From NCBI GenBank assembly GCA_964270895.1, contig OZ185440.1: 64,000 nt of DNA; one strand, given 5' to 3'. Source of the stretch: Podarcis filfolensis. Its lineage: Eukaryota. The notes beneath the pieces are model-generated. The model worked only from the letters and a program-made list of their open reading frames with translations. It was not told the origin of the DNA and made no database searches. A program made the translations under genes and the position numbers. Position 1 is the stretch's first letter. Each line of letters begins with the position of its first letter. Positions 62,001-64,000 of the stretch are shown here, in pieces.

Positions 62001-63071
62001 ATGAGTGGTACAGGAAAGACAAGAGCAGCCAAAGCCAAGGAAGCTAAGGAGAAGGAAAAGGAAAAAAAGCAGGCACAGCTTGTACAAACAACTTTGACTC
62101 AGGGACGCAGATCATCAGTTCCAGCTGTGCTGGGCGTACAAAAGGCAGAAGCCGAAAAGTCTAAAATTCCAGCAGAGGAAGATATGGCAGCAGGAGCATC
62201 TGAGGGAGTTCTGAAACAAATCTTGGAGCAGTTGGCAGCTTTAAATCAAAAGGTTGACAACCAATCATCAAAAATTGACCAAGCTACATCTTCGATCCAG
62301 AAATTGACAGATCAGGTTTCCCAGCATACACAAGCAATTGAAAAATTGCAAGGAGCTACACAAGAAAACCGTAATTTGGCTGGGGAAGCTGTTCAAATTG
62401 CAACGGCAGCTAGAAAAGAGGTCGAGGAAGTTAGAGGTGAAGTTAAACCTTTGCATAAACAAATTGGTGAACAACAAGCCTACCTCTCGATGGTGGAATT
62501 GAAAAATCGTGAGAATAACCTCAGATTAAGAGCAATCCCAGAAATTGAACAAGAAGATTTAATTGGATTTTTGACAACAGAATTTTCAAAATTCTGGGGC
62601 ATTAAGGAAGAAACTGACTTTAAAATAGTGTCAGCTTTTCGGCTGGGAAGATTGGTAAGGAAGGACAGACCCAGAGATTGTTTGATAATTTTGAGATCAA
62701 GGGAAGAGAGAGACAAAATATTAGGCCTACATTTCGCAAATACATTGGTGATACAAGATAAAAGGGTGGAAATTTACCGAGACATCCCAAAACAGTTATT
62801 GGACTTGAGAACCACTTATTCAGAACTGGCAAGACTGCTGAGAATCAACACAATTCGTTATAGGTGGGAGTTTCCACAAGGGTTATCATTTACTTACAAG
62901 CAGAAGAAGGTAAAGATAAAAACACCAGAGGATTTACAAAAGTTCCTGCACGATCACGGTGAAGATCTCCAAAAAGAAGCAGCAGCACTTTGTCCTCTAC
63001 CACAAGCTGGGATTCCGCCTGGAGGCGGAGCAGGCCCTACACCCTCGGGACCAGAAGATACACCACTCTAG
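62001..63071 (+). CDS. L1 ORF1p (coiled coil, RRM, CTD; 356 aa)
   Basis: Heptad-rich N-terminal half. L1 ORF1 motifs RENNLRLRAIPE, AFRLG, PRDCLI, IYRDIP and YRWEFP. Confidence 0.93.
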   Translation: MSGTGKTRAAKAKEAKEKEKEKKQAQLVQTTLTQGRRSSVPAVLGVQKAEAEKSKIPAEEDMAAGASEGVLKQILEQLAALNQKVDNQSSKIDQATSSIQKLTDQVSQHTQAIEKLQGATQENRNLAGEAVQIATAARKEVEEVRGEVKPLHKQIGEQQAYLSMVELKNRENNLRLRAIPEIEQEDLIGFLTTEFSKFWGIKEETDFKIVSAFRLGRLVRKDRPRDCLIILRSREERDKILGLHFANTLVIQDKRVEIYRDIPKQLLDLRTTYSELARLLRINTIRYRWEFPQGLSFTYKQKKVKIKTPEDLQKFLHDHGEDLQKEAAALCPLPQAGIPPGGGAGPTPSGPEDTPL

Positions 63072-63091
63072 GTGTAACAAAACAGTACAGG

Positions 63092-64000
63092 ATGTCTCTG
63101 CAGCTACTTAGTTGGAATATAAATGGCGGAAATTCTCCGGAAAAAAGAAGGAAAATATTTCACATATTGAAGAAAGAACAATTGGACATTATTTGTTTAC
63201 AAGAAACCCATGTGACCAGGCTTCACAGAAAAGTCTTAGTTAACAAAAGACTAGGCCAAGAATTTATTTCATCAGACAAGGTTAAGAAAAGAGGCGTGGT
63301 GATATATGCCAAGGAGAGCCTGGCACCAAAATTTGTATTTAAAGATGAGCAAGGAAGAATCTTGGCGATTGAAATCCAGACACAAGGAGAAAAAATTTTG
63401 ATATTAGGAATATATGCGCCAAATGACGGGAAATCAGAATTTTTTAAGAAGCTGCATGAGACCATGTTGGACTATATGGACTACAACAACATCATAATGA
63501 TGGGAGACATGAATGGAGTGGTATCTACACATATGGATAAGTCTCAAAATCAAAACTTAACATCAGATGGCAGACTGCCTAAAACTTTCTTTGAACTGAT
63601 TGACAATTTGGATCTGATTGATATATGGAGGACAAAAGACCCCCTAGGTAAAGAAGGAACTTTCTTCTCTGAGGCCCACCTGTCATGGACAAGGATCGAC
63701 CAAATCTGGACATCTAGAGGGCTGGCACCCAAGACTAGAAAGGTGGAAATCTGCCCAAAAACATGCTCCGACCACAATGCTTTGAAACTAGAACTTAGAC
63801 TTACCCAAACCGGTTCCTTCAGATGGAGAATGAATGACACCTTATTAAGAGATCAAGAGATTGTGAAAAAGGCCCAAAAAACGTTAAAGGACTATTTTGA
63901 AATCAACCTGAACACTACAGTTGAAAAAAGAATGATCTGGGACGCAAGTAAAGCCGTTATGAGAGGGTTTCTGATACAACAAAATACAATCAAGAAAAAG
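63092..64000 (+). CDS. L1 ORF2p, APE-type endonuclease domain (open to the window end)
   Basis: MSLQLLSWNINGG, ICLQETH, IYAPN, MGDMN, TRIDQIW, SDHNAL, WRMNDTLL. No stop in 303 codons. Confidence 0.95.
   Translation, partial: MSLQLLSWNINGGNSPEKRRKIFHILKKEQLDIICLQETHVTRLHRKVLVNKRLGQEFISSDKVKKRGVVIYAKESLAPKFVFKDEQGRILAIEIQTQGEKILILGIYAPNDGKSEFFKKLHETMLDYMDYNNIIMMGDMNGVVSTHMDKSQNQNLTSDGRLPKTFFELIDNLDLIDIWRTKDPLGKEGTFFSEAHLSWTRIDQIWTSRGLAPKTRKVEICPKTCSDHNALKLELRLTQTGSFRWRMNDTLLRDQEIVKKAQKTLKDYFEINLNTTVEKRMIWDASKAVMRGFLIQQNTIKKK

Larger units (their letters stand above)
60988..64000 (+). mobile_element. LINE-1, 5'-complete and young (continues beyond the window)
   Basis: Starts GGACTTCCGG with a YY1-like AATGGCGG about 27 nt in. 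CpG-rich ~1-kb 5' UTR, then ORF1, a 20-nt spacer and ORF2. Confidence 0.93.

Overview
Vertebrate genomic DNA, almost certainly a squamate and probably a lacertid lizard (inferred from Sauria SINEs and the hAT/pogo MITE landscape). The left end carries coding exons 1 and 2 and the CpG-island promoter of ST6GALNAC5 on the minus strand. The remaining ~62 kb is upstream intergenic DNA with SINEs, MITEs and LINE fragments, plus one 312-nt N gap. The main accessory feature is a very young 5.8-kb class II endogenous retrovirus (24832-30636). It has a perfect 6-bp TSD, near-identical LTRs, an ASLV-type tRNA-Trp PBS, an intact betaretrovirus-like gag, a -1 frameshift pseudoknot and a pseudo-dUTPase-protease ORF. 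Its RT-RNaseH ORF lies in the non-canonical +1 frame with its own ATG. An internal deletion removes IN and most of env, and a tandem-hairpin element sits before the PPT. A young L1 with intact ORF1 and an open ORF2 start fills the right end. All calls were made by eye from the sequence and the ORF track; no database search was run.
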